DNA of 24,578 nucleotides from Candidatus Sulfobium sp. (GCA_037380845.1 JARRRI010000073.1:1-24578), one strand, 5' to 3'. Positions 1 through 8,797 are shown, numbered from the stretch's first letter. The notes: generated by a model not told the origin, from the sequence alone. Numbers and translations: made by a program.

Positions 1-1
1 G

Positions 2-1708
2 GCGGCGACAGCCCTGGGCGCAACATTCGACGTCACCACCCCGACTGAATTTCAGAGCGCGATGACTGCTGCGGCCGCAAACGGTGAAGCCGACGTTATC
101 AATGTTGCGGCGGGAACATACAACATCACGACGACTCTCACCTATCAAACGGACGACGGCGACGGCGGCCACACGCTGACCATCCAGGGCGCGGGGGCGG
201 CAGCGACGGTCCTCTCCGGCGGCGGAACGACGCCGATCATGAGCATCAGCACCGACACGGGATTAGACGGGGGGGACGCCGGCGGCAACATTGTGATACG
301 GGACCTGACCTTCCGGGCCGGCAACAACACCGGCAACCCCGGGGGAGGGGCAAACATTTTCACATTTTATGCAAACGCCACCTGTCAGGACAGTATCTTT
401 ACGGGCAATACTGCGGACAACGCCGGCGGTGTCCTCTTTCTTTCGTTTTACGGGACAGTTACGGTTACGGGCAACACCTTTTCGTCCAACACCGCGTCGT
501 CGGCCTCCTCGGGCGGCGGGGGCGGACTCGCGGCCGCCTCGCAATATGCCTCGGTCACGCTCACGAGCAATATTTTTACGAATAATTCCTCCGCCTCGGG
601 CGGCGGGGGCGCCGTTGCCGGGGCAGCAGTCTCGTTGACGGTCGCGGGGAACACGTTTTCCGGAAACACCGCAACGACCACCGATCCTTTCGGCGGCGGC
701 GGTATCAGGGCCGCGGGGACCGACGGAGCGGTCCTGCTTGAAGGCAATGAATTTTCGAACAATTCCGCCCCCTCTTCGAGGGCAGGGGGGGCCGCGGTGC
801 TCATCGCCGGGAATGGAAGCGCCACGGTCTCGGACAATTCCTTTTCAAACAACTCCGCCATCGACGGCGGCGGCGCATGGGTATTTTCAATCGCCTCGGG
901 GCCCGTTTCTGTCGTCCGCAATATCTTTTCCTCCAACAATGCCTCCGGCCAGGGGGGCGGCGCGGCAGGAGGGACAAACGGCATTGCGACATTCGCCGAC
1001 AATGTGTTTCTCGGAAATTCGGCCGACATAGGCGGCGGCCTTGTCACCGGTCCCGGAGACGGTCCGGGCAGCGCGAATGTCGTCAACAACACATTCTCCG
1101 GAAATACGGCATCCACACAGGGCGGCGGTATGGCTGGTATACTGTATCAGGAACTCGGCACCCTGAACGTCTACAACAATATCTTCTGGAACAACGCCGC
1201 GCTTTCCGGCGGCAACGACGGCGACGACGTATACGTCGAGGCGGACATCGACGGCAACGAAGTCGGCGGGCCATTGAACCTTTTCAATAACGATTTCTCC
1301 GGTAATGCTGACTTCGCGTCGGCCCAGAGCGAAGACCTCGTCGTCACGCTTCTCGACAACTACAGTCAGGGCAACAATATCCAGCAGGACCCCCATTTTG
1401 TCAGCTCAGGGGACGTGCACCTTCAGTCAGGTTCCTCCTGCATCGATAGAGGCGACAACAGCGCCCCCTCGATTCCGGCAACGGATTTCGACGGAGGCGG
1501 CAGGATCGTCGACGGCGACGGCAACAGCACGGTGGTGGTTGACATCGGTGCGGACGAGTTTCTATCCGATGCGCCGCAGGCTGTCAATGCTGTCAGTGTC
1601 CCCACCATGAATGAATGGGGGGCTCTCCTCTTCGCCGTGCTTGCCGGGCTGGCGGCGGTATCCCGGATGCGGAGGCGGGCGGGCCGGACACGCCGGAATG
1701 ACATCTGA
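2..1708 (+). CDS. Secreted/surface parallel beta-helix protein with C-terminal choice-of-anchor-Q-like region and IPTL-CTERM sorting signal (5' end outside window)
   Basis: Frame is open from base 2 (AATALGATFDV...). Repeated FxxNxA..GGG beta-helix units; DPHF...HLQSGSSCIDRG...DIGADE motif; tail VPTMNEWG + hydrophobic helix + RMRRR. Confidence 0.85.
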   Translation, partial: AATALGATFDVTTPTEFQSAMTAAAANGEADVINVAAGTYNITTTLTYQTDDGDGGHTLTIQGAGAAATVLSGGGTTPIMSISTDTGLDGGDAGGNIVIRDLTFRAGNNTGNPGGGANIFTFYANATCQDSIFTGNTADNAGGVLFLSFYGTVTVTGNTFSSNTASSASSGGGGGLAAASQYASVTLTSNIFTNNSSASGGGGAVAGAAVSLTVAGNTFSGNTATTTDPFGGGGIRAAGTDGAVLLEGNEFSNNSAPSSRAGGAAVLIAGNGSATVSDNSFSNNSAIDGGGAWVFSIASGPVSVVRNIFSSNNASGQGGGAAGGTNGIATFADNVFLGNSADIGGGLVTGPGDGPGSANVVNNTFSGNTASTQGGGMAGILYQELGTLNVYNNIFWNNAALSGGNDGDDVYVEADIDGNEVGGPLNLFNNDFSGNADFASAQSEDLVVTLLDNYSQGNNIQQDPHFVSSGDVHLQSGSSCIDRGDNSAPSIPATDFDGGGRIVDGDGNSTVVVDIGADEFLSDAPQAVNAVSVPTMNEWGALLFAVLAGLAAVSRMRRRAGRTRRNDI

Positions 1709-1726
1709 AGTCTGCTGCTATGCCGC

Positions 1727-1913
1727 CCCTTAGAAAATTCAGGTGAGCGAGGACGCCGCAGGATTAAAGATTTCAGGCTGTCTGAGCCCGCAGGGCGAGT
1801 TCCTGAAATCCAGTGAGGAGGGCGAGCCGTTAAGAATTTTCGCTGGGGTGACCTTCTTTCGGCTACATTTCCTGGTCGGCAAGAAAGGTAGCCGGGGTGC
1901 GGGGCAAGGCCCG
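1727..1913. repeat. Structured interspersed repeat (MITE-like), copy 1
   Basis: cccttNgaaaaNtcaggtgagc ... gagttcctgaaatc ... gagccgttaagaattttcg ... ggggtgcggggcaa recurs at 2923-3160. Internal inverted repeats gatttcagg/cctgaaatc and gaaaattc/gaattttc. Confidence 0.8.
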
Positions 1914-1973
1914 AGGGCAGTAAATCCAAGGAAAAAAGCGAGGGATACATCCCTTATTCTCGATGAAATTCCC

Positions 1974-2129
1974 TCATCCCGCCATCACGTGGACCATCTT
2001 CCAGTCATCCGACTTGTGTGCGGCTTTCCACAGGTCATAATTACGCTGGAGGTCGAGCCAGAGCTCAGGGGTGATGTTAAACGGCTTGGAGAGACGAAGC
2101 GCCATGTCAGGGATGACCGCGCCGGCGGC
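1974..2129 (-). pseudogene. higA: HigA-family antitoxin, C-terminal remnant
   Basis: Manual translation: AAGAVIPDMALRLSKPFNITPELWLDLQRNYDLWKAAHKSDDWKMVHVMAG*. Matches the HigA pattern (T)PxMALRL...TPELWLxLQxxYDLW. The N-terminal HTH is missing; in-frame stop at 2142-2144. Confidence 0.8.
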
Positions 2130-2530
2130 TATAAGCTCCAGTCAACGACCTTGAGGTTCTTGATCCGCTTGAACTCCCGGGTATTGTTGGTAACGAGGGT
2201 AGCGCCGAGATCAAGGGCATGCGCTCCTATCATCATATCCATCGAGCCGATCGGCGCCCCTTCTTTTTTGAGTGACGCCCTCACTTTTCCATACATTTCA
2301 GCCGCCTTCTCGTCGAAATCTGCAAGCTCAAGCGGCAGAATGAAGTCATCAAGGGCCTGCCGGTTCTTTTCGGCCTGACGGCTTTTCTCGACCCCGAACC
2401 TCAGTTCCGCAAGCGTTATGGAAGAAATGCCGATATCGCCAACTGAAAGGGCCTTGAAATGCTGAAGTACCTTATCGGGTTTCTGCTTGATGAGATAGAT
2501 ACAGATGTTGGTATCAAGCATGTATTTCAT
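2129..2530 (-). CDS. vapC: Type II TA toxin, PIN-domain VapC
   Basis: YMLDTNICI, ITLAEL, IGSMDMMIGAHA, LVTNNTREF. ATG overlaps the vapB stop (TGATG). Confidence 0.95.
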   Translation of the reverse strand: MKYMLDTNICIYLIKQKPDKVLQHFKALSVGDIGISSITLAELRFGVEKSRQAEKNRQALDDFILPLELADFDEKAAEMYGKVRASLKKEGAPIGSMDMMIGAHALDLGATLVTNNTREFKRIKNLKVVDWSL

Positions 2531-2757
2531 CAAAAAGACTCCCGCTTCTGCGTCTTCGGCTGTTTCCGTTCCGACATGAAATCCGGCGAGAACTTGTCGA
2601 GGCTCTTAAAAAGAGTCTCCCAGGAATCCTTGGCAGGGATCAGTATGACAACGTTGCCGGATTTCTTGACATATACATGATCATCCTCGAAGCGGAATTC
2701 CTTGGGCAGGCGGACCGCCTGGCTCTGACCGTTCTGGAACAATTTAGCTGTTTTCAT
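2530..2757 (-). CDS. vapB: Type II TA antitoxin VapB (AbrB/SpoVT fold)
   Basis: MKTAKLFQNGQSQAVRLPKEFRF; GGAGG RBS; directly upstream of vapC. Confidence 0.95.
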   Translation of the reverse strand: MKTAKLFQNGQSQAVRLPKEFRFEDDHVYVKKSGNVVILIPAKDSWETLFKSLDKFSPDFMSERKQPKTQKRESF

Positions 2758-2770
2758 AATAACCTCCGTG

Positions 2771-2813
2771 TAATCTATACTAATAATATAGACTATGTGC
2801 TTCTACATTGCAA
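2771..2813 (-). promoter_or_regulatory. sigma70 promoter of vapBC with overlapping palindromic operator
   Basis: TTGCAA-17 bp-TATATT on the minus strand; palindrome TCTATA-N7-TATAGA (2774-2792) overlaps the -10. Confidence 0.7.
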
Positions 2814-2839
2814 GTCCTTTCCCTTGCGTTCAACTCAGC

Positions 2840-2902
2840 TCCTGCCTGAAAACCTGGATTCCCGATTACTACCTCGGGAATGACGGACTTAAATGCAGAT
2901 CT
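2840..2902. repeat. REP-like palindrome (ctggattcccg-N-cgggaatgac family)
   Basis: gaaaacctggattcccgattactacctcgggaatgac; near-identical copies at about 4238 and 9018, variants at 11437 and 21438. Confidence 0.85.
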
Positions 2903-2922
2903 TAAGTCGTTGTGGTGTTTCC

Positions 2923-3160
2923 CCCTTCGAAAAGTCAGGTGAGCACGGATGCCCAACTACGGTGAATAGTCAACAGTGAATAGTAAATAGTGAGTAATAA
3001 GTAGTGAAAAGTGAAGCGTGAACGGCGTGGAAGGGGGAGTTCCTGAAATCTACTGAGGACGTCCGGCAGAGCCGTTAAGAATTTTCGTTGGGGTGACCTT
3101 CTTTGGGCTACGTTTCCTGGTCAGCAAGAAAGGTAGCTGGGGTGCGGGGCAAAGCCCCGG
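2923..3160. repeat. Structured interspersed repeat, copy 2, with internal heptamer array
   Basis: Aligns to 1727-1913. Nine degenerate GTGAATA units (2962-3024) occupy the position of the first hairpin arm of copy 1. Confidence 0.8.
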
Positions 3161-3172
3161 GTTCATATAATC

Positions 3173-3529
3173 TTATTCCTTCTCTTCTTCATCCTTGTTC
3201 CACCCCGAAAGACCGTAGGAAAGAGTCATGTCCTTTAGCAGTTCCCTGACCGTCTCCGCCTTCTCCTTCTCCACCATAAGCCTGACAGGCTCGGCAAGAG
3301 GCCGGACGTAGTTGAAATGCTCGTTGTTGAAATAATAAAGTATATCCTGGCCCTCAAGTATGGACTTGATAAAGGCTATGTCGAAGGGGTTGAAGGTCGT
3401 GAGGACCTCCTCGTACTCCACGAACTCCGGTTCCGGCTCCGGCTCAAGTTCAGGGACAAGAGGTATACGGCAGTCACTGCACATCTTAAATCCTTCCCTG
3501 AACTCCGATCTGCATCGGGGACAGAACAT
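3173..3529 (-). CDS. Zinc-ribbon + DUF2007-like (putative signal-transducing) protein
   Basis: MFCPRCRSEFREGFKMCSDC (two CxxC), then IAFIKSILEGQDI...VRLMV...ELL pattern. Confidence 0.75.
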   Translation of the reverse strand: MFCPRCRSEFREGFKMCSDCRIPLVPELEPEPEPEFVEYEEVLTTFNPFDIAFIKSILEGQDILYYFNNEHFNYVRPLAEPVRLMVEKEKAETVRELLKDMTLSYGLSGWNKDEEEKE

Positions 3530-3566
3530 GCCTGTTAAATCATCCTTTCAGTTTGAAAATGCGGGT

Positions 3567-3842
3567 TCACCGATATACCTCGTCATGACTTCCAATGTCG
3601 AGAAGTTGAATTTCCTTCTCGGTTACTACAACGGTCATTACAATGCGATAGTCGTCGGTAATGCTCACAGCCTGTATGCCTTTATATTTTCTTCCGAGTT
3701 TATGATATTCAAGGTGGGGCTGAAACGGGTCTTTTTCGAGATCGCGAAGGATACCCGCGATTTTCTTTTTCAGGTCCGGGTGGCTTTTTATAAATTTCTT
3801 CGCTGCACGGGTGAAATGCGGGGTCCAGACCAGAGTAAACAC
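3567..3842 (-). CDS. RelE/ParE-superfamily toxin (YafQ-like)
   Basis: WTPHFTRAAKK...DPFQPHLEYHKL...DYRI...LLDIGSHDEVY; GTG start 2 nt after the antitoxin stop. Confidence 0.88.
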   Translation of the reverse strand: MFTLVWTPHFTRAAKKFIKSHPDLKKKIAGILRDLEKDPFQPHLEYHKLGRKYKGIQAVSITDDYRIVMTVVVTEKEIQLLDIGSHDEVYR

Positions 3843-3844
3843 CC

Positions 3845-4108
3845 TCAGTCTTCCAACTCCAACTCACGTATCAGGTCTTCTGCAGTCCCGCGTCTGACCC
3901 TCCCTGCCTTCACGTCTTCCAGAGACTTGCGGAGACGAGCCATATATGCCTCATCCTCGGCCTCGATCAGTTCCCTATACCGCGCCTCGCTAATCACCAC
4001 ATACTGAGGCTGATTGTTCTTGATGACGTAGACCGGCCCCTCCTTGAGGGCTTCGTCGACGGCCGATATCCCCTTGCGTTTGATTTCTTGTGCAGCAACT
4101 GTCTTCAT
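3845..4108 (-). CDS. Phd/YefM-family antitoxin
   Basis: MKTVAAQEIKRKG...GPVYVIKNNQPQYVVISEARY; AAGGAG RBS; paired with the RelE-like toxin. Confidence 0.88.
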   Translation of the reverse strand: MKTVAAQEIKRKGISAVDEALKEGPVYVIKNNQPQYVVISEARYRELIEAEDEAYMARLRKSLEDVKAGRVRRGTAEDLIRELELED

Positions 4109-4123
4109 GTCAGCACTCCTTTC

Positions 4124-4173
4124 AGTACTACTTTAGGTACCAAAAGTATACCATTAGGCGAGCTAATTATCAA
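4124..4173 (-). promoter_or_regulatory. sigma70 promoter and likely operator of the Phd/RelE operon
   Basis: TTGATA-17 bp-TATACT; two GTAC-core palindromes (AGTACT, GGTACC) just downstream of the -10. Confidence 0.65.
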
Positions 4174-4178
4174 GAAAG

Positions 4179-4316
4179 CACGGACGTCCAACTGAAGTGA
4201 ATAGTAAGTAGTGAGCTTAGTCGGCCTCTACCTGCCTGAAAACCTGGATTCCCGATTACTGCCTCGGGGAATGACGGACTTAAAATGCAGATCTCCCTTC
4301 GAAAATTCAGGTGAGC
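4179..4316. repeat. Composite repeat: heptamer module + REP + start of the structured repeat
   Basis: cacggacgtccaact..gtgaatagt matches 2944-2970; REP matches 2840-2902; cccttcgaaaattcaggtgagc matches 1727 and 2923. Confidence 0.8.
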
Positions 4317-4400
4317 CACCAAGCAGACAAGCCGCAGGCGAGAAAAAAGGGAAGCCGGAGAGATGGCGCAATGTTTTTTTGAACCCCGCCTTAATCAGCT

Positions 4401-4429
4401 TTGACACGCGACCTGAGCCGTGCTAATTT
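4401..4429 (+). promoter_or_regulatory. sigma70 promoter of the peptidase-like gene
   Basis: TTGACA-17 bp-TAATTT with extended TG. Confidence 0.55.
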
Positions 4430-4449
4430 TTAATTGGGATGTCGGGATC

Positions 4450-5955
4450 ATGAAACTCAAATTCGGATTAAATGATTTCATTTCGATTTCGGCAGCGGTA
4501 TTCGCGCTGCTCGCATCAGCTACCGGTTTTGCGCAGGTGCTTGCGGGGCCATGCCTTGATCCGGCCGTCCCGTTGAGTGCCGAAGAGGCGCGCCTCCTTT
4601 ACGCCCTTCCGGATAATCAGGATCCTTCCGTTCTGCAGGACACAACCTTTGCAGAACAGATGATCATGGGGGCCGGATTTCAAGATTTCGGACCCTGGGT
4701 CGTAAAAAGGCTCTGCAAAGCTCCCAACTTAAAGGTTGCCCGGGGCATAGTCATGCGGAGCGGCCGGCGATTGTGGCGGGCGGCCGTTGACCGGGCCCAA
4801 AAAAACGGGCCGGCAGTGGGGAGCCTTCCCTATAGTGACGACCGGCCGCTTTACTGGACGCGTCTGCAAATAAGAGCGGCGCTCAGTCAGTGGATACCGC
4901 GGTTCAACCTGTCGGCTGATGACCGGGCCTCCCTGATCACTGCTTTTGACCGGGCGTCCCGGGGGATGTTCGATATCGATTTTCCTGCGGGCAAGGGCGT
5001 GAAAAGGCTTATCATGAGCGGTTTCGACCCTTACATACTTGACGGGGGTGACCACGGGACCGCTCCCGGGGCGGCGGGGAACAATATCCGGCACGGCAAC
5101 CCCTCGGGCGCCGCGGCCCTGTCGCTCGACGGCACTCATTACAAATCCGGGGACGGCAGGGTCGTATTCATCGAAGCGTACATCCTGCCCGTCAATTTCC
5201 CTGAATTCAGGGAAGGATACCTCGAAGATACCATCGGCCCCTTCATGCTGCCGGGGAAGCGGCGGGTGAATGCCTCGGTCACGGCGAGCCAGGGGGCAGG
5301 CGGCTTTCAGTTTAATATCGAGCAGTGGAACGCACGCTACCATGGCACCTTGATCGGCAACGATAATTACGCGCCGTGCCCGGACTTGGAAGGACCCCAG
5401 CTTGCCATCGACATCCATGAATGCAACATCACGGTGGTCGACCGCTGGGGAGGACCTGGAATGTTTGACCTGTTCGATCCGCCCCAGTGGACGGAGAGCA
5501 GCCTGCCTGTCGCAGAAATGATCGCCGCCGACACGGGTGCGTCGGTCCCGCGGCCTCCAGGCGACACATGGCCGGACACTTCCGTCGCATTCGGAGTGGT
5601 CTGGCACACCAGCTATATGGCCTTCCCGGACTGCCAATCGGATGTCCTTCAGACCTTCAACAGCCCCGCGCCCGTTGCCTACCCACCGGCGATCCCTCCG
5701 GTCCCGCCTGAGCCGGGTTCCTGCTCTTATAGCGGAGGCGGCGGAAACTACCTGGCAAATGAAAGCGCCTACCGCGAAACTCTGCTTCGTGACCGCATGG
5801 GGCTTGACATACCCGCAGGGCACATTCACACTCCGGATATGCAGCATTTTGAGGCCCTGTACAACCTGAGCGATGCGACCTTCGACGCCTGGCGGCTTGC
5901 GATCGTGAAGCAGCTGAAGAACCTCATCCATGTCATTGGGGATAACGCTCCCTGA
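4450..5955 (+). CDS. Secreted pyroglutamyl-peptidase (C15)-like protein
   Basis: Signal-peptide-like N-terminus; DDRPLYWTRL, MSGFDPY, NPSGAAAL, ILPVNF, GGGGNYLANESAYR, AGHIHTP motifs of the large Pcp-like family. Confidence 0.8.
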   Translation: MKLKFGLNDFISISAAVFALLASATGFAQVLAGPCLDPAVPLSAEEARLLYALPDNQDPSVLQDTTFAEQMIMGAGFQDFGPWVVKRLCKAPNLKVARGIVMRSGRRLWRAAVDRAQKNGPAVGSLPYSDDRPLYWTRLQIRAALSQWIPRFNLSADDRASLITAFDRASRGMFDIDFPAGKGVKRLIMSGFDPYILDGGDHGTAPGAAGNNIRHGNPSGAAALSLDGTHYKSGDGRVVFIEAYILPVNFPEFREGYLEDTIGPFMLPGKRRVNASVTASQGAGGFQFNIEQWNARYHGTLIGNDNYAPCPDLEGPQLAIDIHECNITVVDRWGGPGMFDLFDPPQWTESSLPVAEMIAADTGASVPRPPGDTWPDTSVAFGVVWHTSYMAFPDCQSDVLQTFNSPAPVAYPPAIPPVPPEPGSCSYSGGGGNYLANESAYRETLLRDRMGLDIPAGHIHTPDMQHFEALYNLSDATFDAWRLAIVKQLKNLIHVIGDNAP

Positions 5956-5990
5956 GGCAGCATTTAACGAACTCATGTGCTTCGTGCGAA

Positions 5991-6162
5991 CAAGCCCACC
6001 AGGCTGACAAGCTAGCAAGCTGACAAGCGCGGAAAAAAGGCAAGAGGCAATGGGCGATAGGCGACAGGAAAAAATGGCGGCCAAGCCGGCAAGGTGACAA
6101 GCCGGAATGACACCTGAAGTCGGTTGAGCGTTTCCGGAGGTTTAAGGATTTCGGGCTGTCTG
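5991..6162. repeat. Degenerate octamer/heptamer arrays plus modules shared with 1692-1784
   Basis: CAAGCTGA-like units at 5991-6031 and 6082-6105; GGC(A/G)AxA-like x4 at 6039-6066; gccggaatgacaYctgaagtc and ttaaRgatttcRggctgtctg also at 1692 and 1764. Confidence 0.7.
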
Positions 6163-6262
6163 TCTGCCCCATAGCCGCGACACTTGTCATTGGGCAAGCG
6201 GGACTATCGGTTTATAATTAACTATTTAAGGACACCAGAAAATGTTGCCGGGGGAGGACCAT

Positions 6263-6733
6263 ATGGGAGATGACCTGACAGACCAAACAGACAAGAAGTT
6301 CATGCGGGAAGCTTTCCAGCAGGCCCTGGCCTCGTATAACGAGGGCGGTCTTCCGATCGGGGCCGTGATGGTGGAAAACGGGGCTATTATCTCTGTCGGC
6401 CACAACCGTCGCGTGCAGGACGGCGACCCTACCGCTCACGGTGAGATGGACTGTCTGCGGAAGGCGGGACGACGTACGCGTTATGACGGCGTGACACTCT
6501 ACACTACGCTGAGTCCCTGCATGATGTGCGCGGGCACGGTGCTCCAGTTTGGAATCGGGAGGGTCGTTATCGGGGAGGACCGGAATTTCCCCGGGAATAT
6601 CGATCTGCTCCGCAGTCACGGCGTCGATGTAGTTCTGTTGGATGATCCGGAATGTATCGCTCTCATGCGGCGCTTTATCGACGAGCGCCCCGAGGTGTGG
6701 GACGAGGATATCGCCGGGCGGGAGAATGTTTGA
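6263..6733 (+). CDS. Zn-dependent nucleoside/cytosine deaminase (CDA fold)
   Basis: HGEMDC and PCMMC zinc motifs, C-terminal WDEDI; GGAGG RBS before ATG 6263. Confidence 0.88.
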   Translation: MGDDLTDQTDKKFMREAFQQALASYNEGGLPIGAVMVENGAIISVGHNRRVQDGDPTAHGEMDCLRKAGRRTRYDGVTLYTTLSPCMMCAGTVLQFGIGRVVIGEDRNFPGNIDLLRSHGVDVVLLDDPECIALMRRFIDERPEVWDEDIAGRENV

Positions 6734-6945
6734 AAGAATTCCACGCAATATCCAGGTATTCGTCTTAAAAAGCCGTGCGGACCGGATATCCCGATGCAGA
6801 TCCCGTTTTACGTCCGGCCGGGCCCGTATCTGACGTATCGTCTCATTGCTAAAACAGGACTAAAAGGGTACTCTTTAGTCGTAAGGTACGATTTGAGGAA
6901 GACCCTTAGGAAGGTCTTAACGGAGATGAAAGGAGGTAAAGTGCT

Positions 6946-7306
6946 ATGAGGACCATGTTTGCGATAAGTGTGGTTCTGCTTTTCCTTCTGTCCGTTGCGG
7001 GTGCGGCTTTTGCGGCCGGAAACGCCGGAACATACCAAGGCCAGGTATCGGCCATCAACACTGAGCAGGGAACGATTGCCCTGAAGACGTTTCAGCCGGC
7101 AGTTTCGCCGTCTGATACGCCCGGGTTCGTTTTCAAGACGAGATAAAATGACGGTTCTGACCACTTGTAACGGAAGCGGGAACATTCGTGATCTGAAGGT
7201 CGGCGACGAGGTCAGCCTGCAGTATCAGGTAAAAGGCGATGAGTATGTCGCTCAGAACATTGTTCAGAGTGGCGGCGCCGGAGCCATGATGCTGGCGTGC
7301 AGGTAA
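6946..7306 (+). pseudogene. Small secreted OB-fold-like protein split by a +1 frameshift at about 7141
   Basis: AAGGAGGT RBS, signal peptide, GQVSAIN...FVFKT; continues in the next frame as DKMTVLTTCNGSGNIRDLKVGDEVSLQYQVKGDEYVAQNI...ACR*. Confidence 0.7.
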
Positions 7307-7752
7307 GGATCATGGTCACCGGCTTGATCCGGAAAAGGGTGCCGTTTCAGGTCACGCAGCATGTCCCCCGTCAGCTTCTTCATCTTATCCTCAACAAAGA
7401 TCCAGGTCGGAAAAAGACACGGTATCCCTGTAAAGGTCTCCCTGCTGATCACTGTAGTTTCAGCTTCGTTTCCGTCGAAAAAGAATTCATGCCTCGCCCG
7501 TACTCCGAATCTCCGTCCGGATAAAACGATCTTCCTGCCGGGTGCGACTTCTTCTGCCAGCGGCTCCAGTAGCACCTCAAATACAAAAGGACGAATCAGG
7601 AAAGTAAAACTTGTCCCCTCTGTAATCTTTCCCGTCTCTCCGGAAGATACGACGGTGAGGACCGTGTTCCATTCATGCCAGCATGACAGATCGATGAATA
7701 TTCCCCAGACCTTGCCGATGCCGGCATTGATTGTAACCGTTTCTTCGATCAC
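7264..7752 (-). CDS. SRPBCC (START/polyketide cyclase-like) family protein
   Basis: IEETVTINAGIGKVWGIFIDLSCWHEWN...HEFFF...ETFTG. Confidence 0.8.
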   Translation of the reverse strand: MIEETVTINAGIGKVWGIFIDLSCWHEWNTVLTVVSSGETGKITEGTSFTFLIRPFVFEVLLEPLAEEVAPGRKIVLSGRRFGVRARHEFFFDGNEAETTVISRETFTGIPCLFPTWIFVEDKMKKLTGDMLRDLKRHPFPDQAGDHDPYLHASIMAPAPPL

Positions 7753-7774
7753 GGCTGTCTGCAGGTTAAGACTG

Positions 7775-8797
7775 TCAATCTAAGCACGGACCATGCGTTC
7801 TCCCCGGTCGCCGCCATTCCTTCTGCTCGGCATATCGGGGGTGCATCTTAAATTTTCTGGAGTACTGTTCAACCCGCTCTCCTACCAGCCCGTCAAGGGA
7901 ATAATCGCCATAGCCATCTTTTTGGAGATACCATAAATAGCCAATATTTTCAGGATTGAGGCCCATTAACCTGGCACCGAGCCCGTCGGCTTTCAGTGGG
8001 TCTGCAGATGCAACTGCAACACCCAGCGTGACAACTTCCCCCAGCAGCGGACCCTCGCCTTCCATTCCCGTCATGGCATCCAGTACTACCAGGTCGAGCT
8101 TGGTGGCTTTTGCCAGTTGAGCGAGATTTTGATTGGTCAGTACTACCGATTTGGCGTAACCGCCGAGATTTAAGACGATGCGTCTTCCCAGATTCTGGAG
8201 CGGCTTCCACATGAGCTCCGGCAGGAAGGAGAACATCCTGGTCCCGCCCTGAAGAAATGTCCTGCCCCTCAGGCCGTGGATATGAATCCTGTCATGCCTG
8301 TGTACCATGCCCATGATGTTCTTTATTCCAAAGGTGGCGATCACAAAGTCATGAGTTTTTGGAAGCGAAAGAGAAATGACATAATCAAAGTCGTGTTTCA
8401 TTATCCTGACTTCGCTATGCCCGTAAACCATCTTCACACGCATAAACGAAAAGTCTTTCCAGTCGTCAAGATCGATAACTCTTACGTTACCGTATTTCTT
8501 TTCCAGTCCGTAATAGCCGAAACGCTCAAGCAATGTTCTTGTACGCATGCCGGAGAGGAAGGCGCTGCCGCTGCTTTCGCCGACACTTATCGAGAGACCC
8601 TTAAAATTGTCGTTCAGGAATTCTATCAGACCTTCAACGGCCTCCAGACTTGTATTGGCATTCTCATTTCTGGATGCACTGAGATTTGGCTTTATTAACA
8701 CTTTTCCGCAGGCTTTAATCTCATCTCTTATCAGTTCAAGAGCTTTATAGAGATTTGCTTTTCTCGATTCACCGGCAACGAGTGATACCCTGGGCAT
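7775..8797 (-). CDS. DUF362 domain protein
   Basis: VLIKPNL, GESSG, PKTHD...TFGIKNIMG, DAMTGMEGEGP..G, ASADPLKAD. Confidence 0.85.
   Translation of the reverse strand: MPRVSLVAGESRKANLYKALELIRDEIKACGKVLIKPNLSASRNENANTSLEAVEGLIEFLNDNFKGLSISVGESSGSAFLSGMRTRTLLERFGYYGLEKKYGNVRVIDLDDWKDFSFMRVKMVYGHSEVRIMKHDFDYVISLSLPKTHDFVIATFGIKNIMGMVHRHDRIHIHGLRGRTFLQGGTRMFSFLPELMWKPLQNLGRRIVLNLGGYAKSVVLTNQNLAQLAKATKLDLVVLDAMTGMEGEGPLLGEVVTLGVAVASADPLKADGLGARLMGLNPENIGYLWYLQKDGYGDYSLDGLVGERVEQYSRKFKMHPRYAEQKEWRRPGRTHGPCLD

Noticed and set aside
1743..2378. 211-aa plus-strand ORF
   Set aside because: Made of repeat DNA plus the antisense of higA and vapC.
2840..4316. CRISPR array or classical integron
   Set aside because: Repeats are kilobases apart with no regular spacers, no cas or intI gene is present, and I could not find attC R-box structure.
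4729..6084. 451-aa minus-strand ORF and similar long antisense ORFs (448-1116, 18964-20148, 23918-24415)
   Set aside because: Shadows of well-supported GC-rich genes on the other strand; no recognisable motifs.
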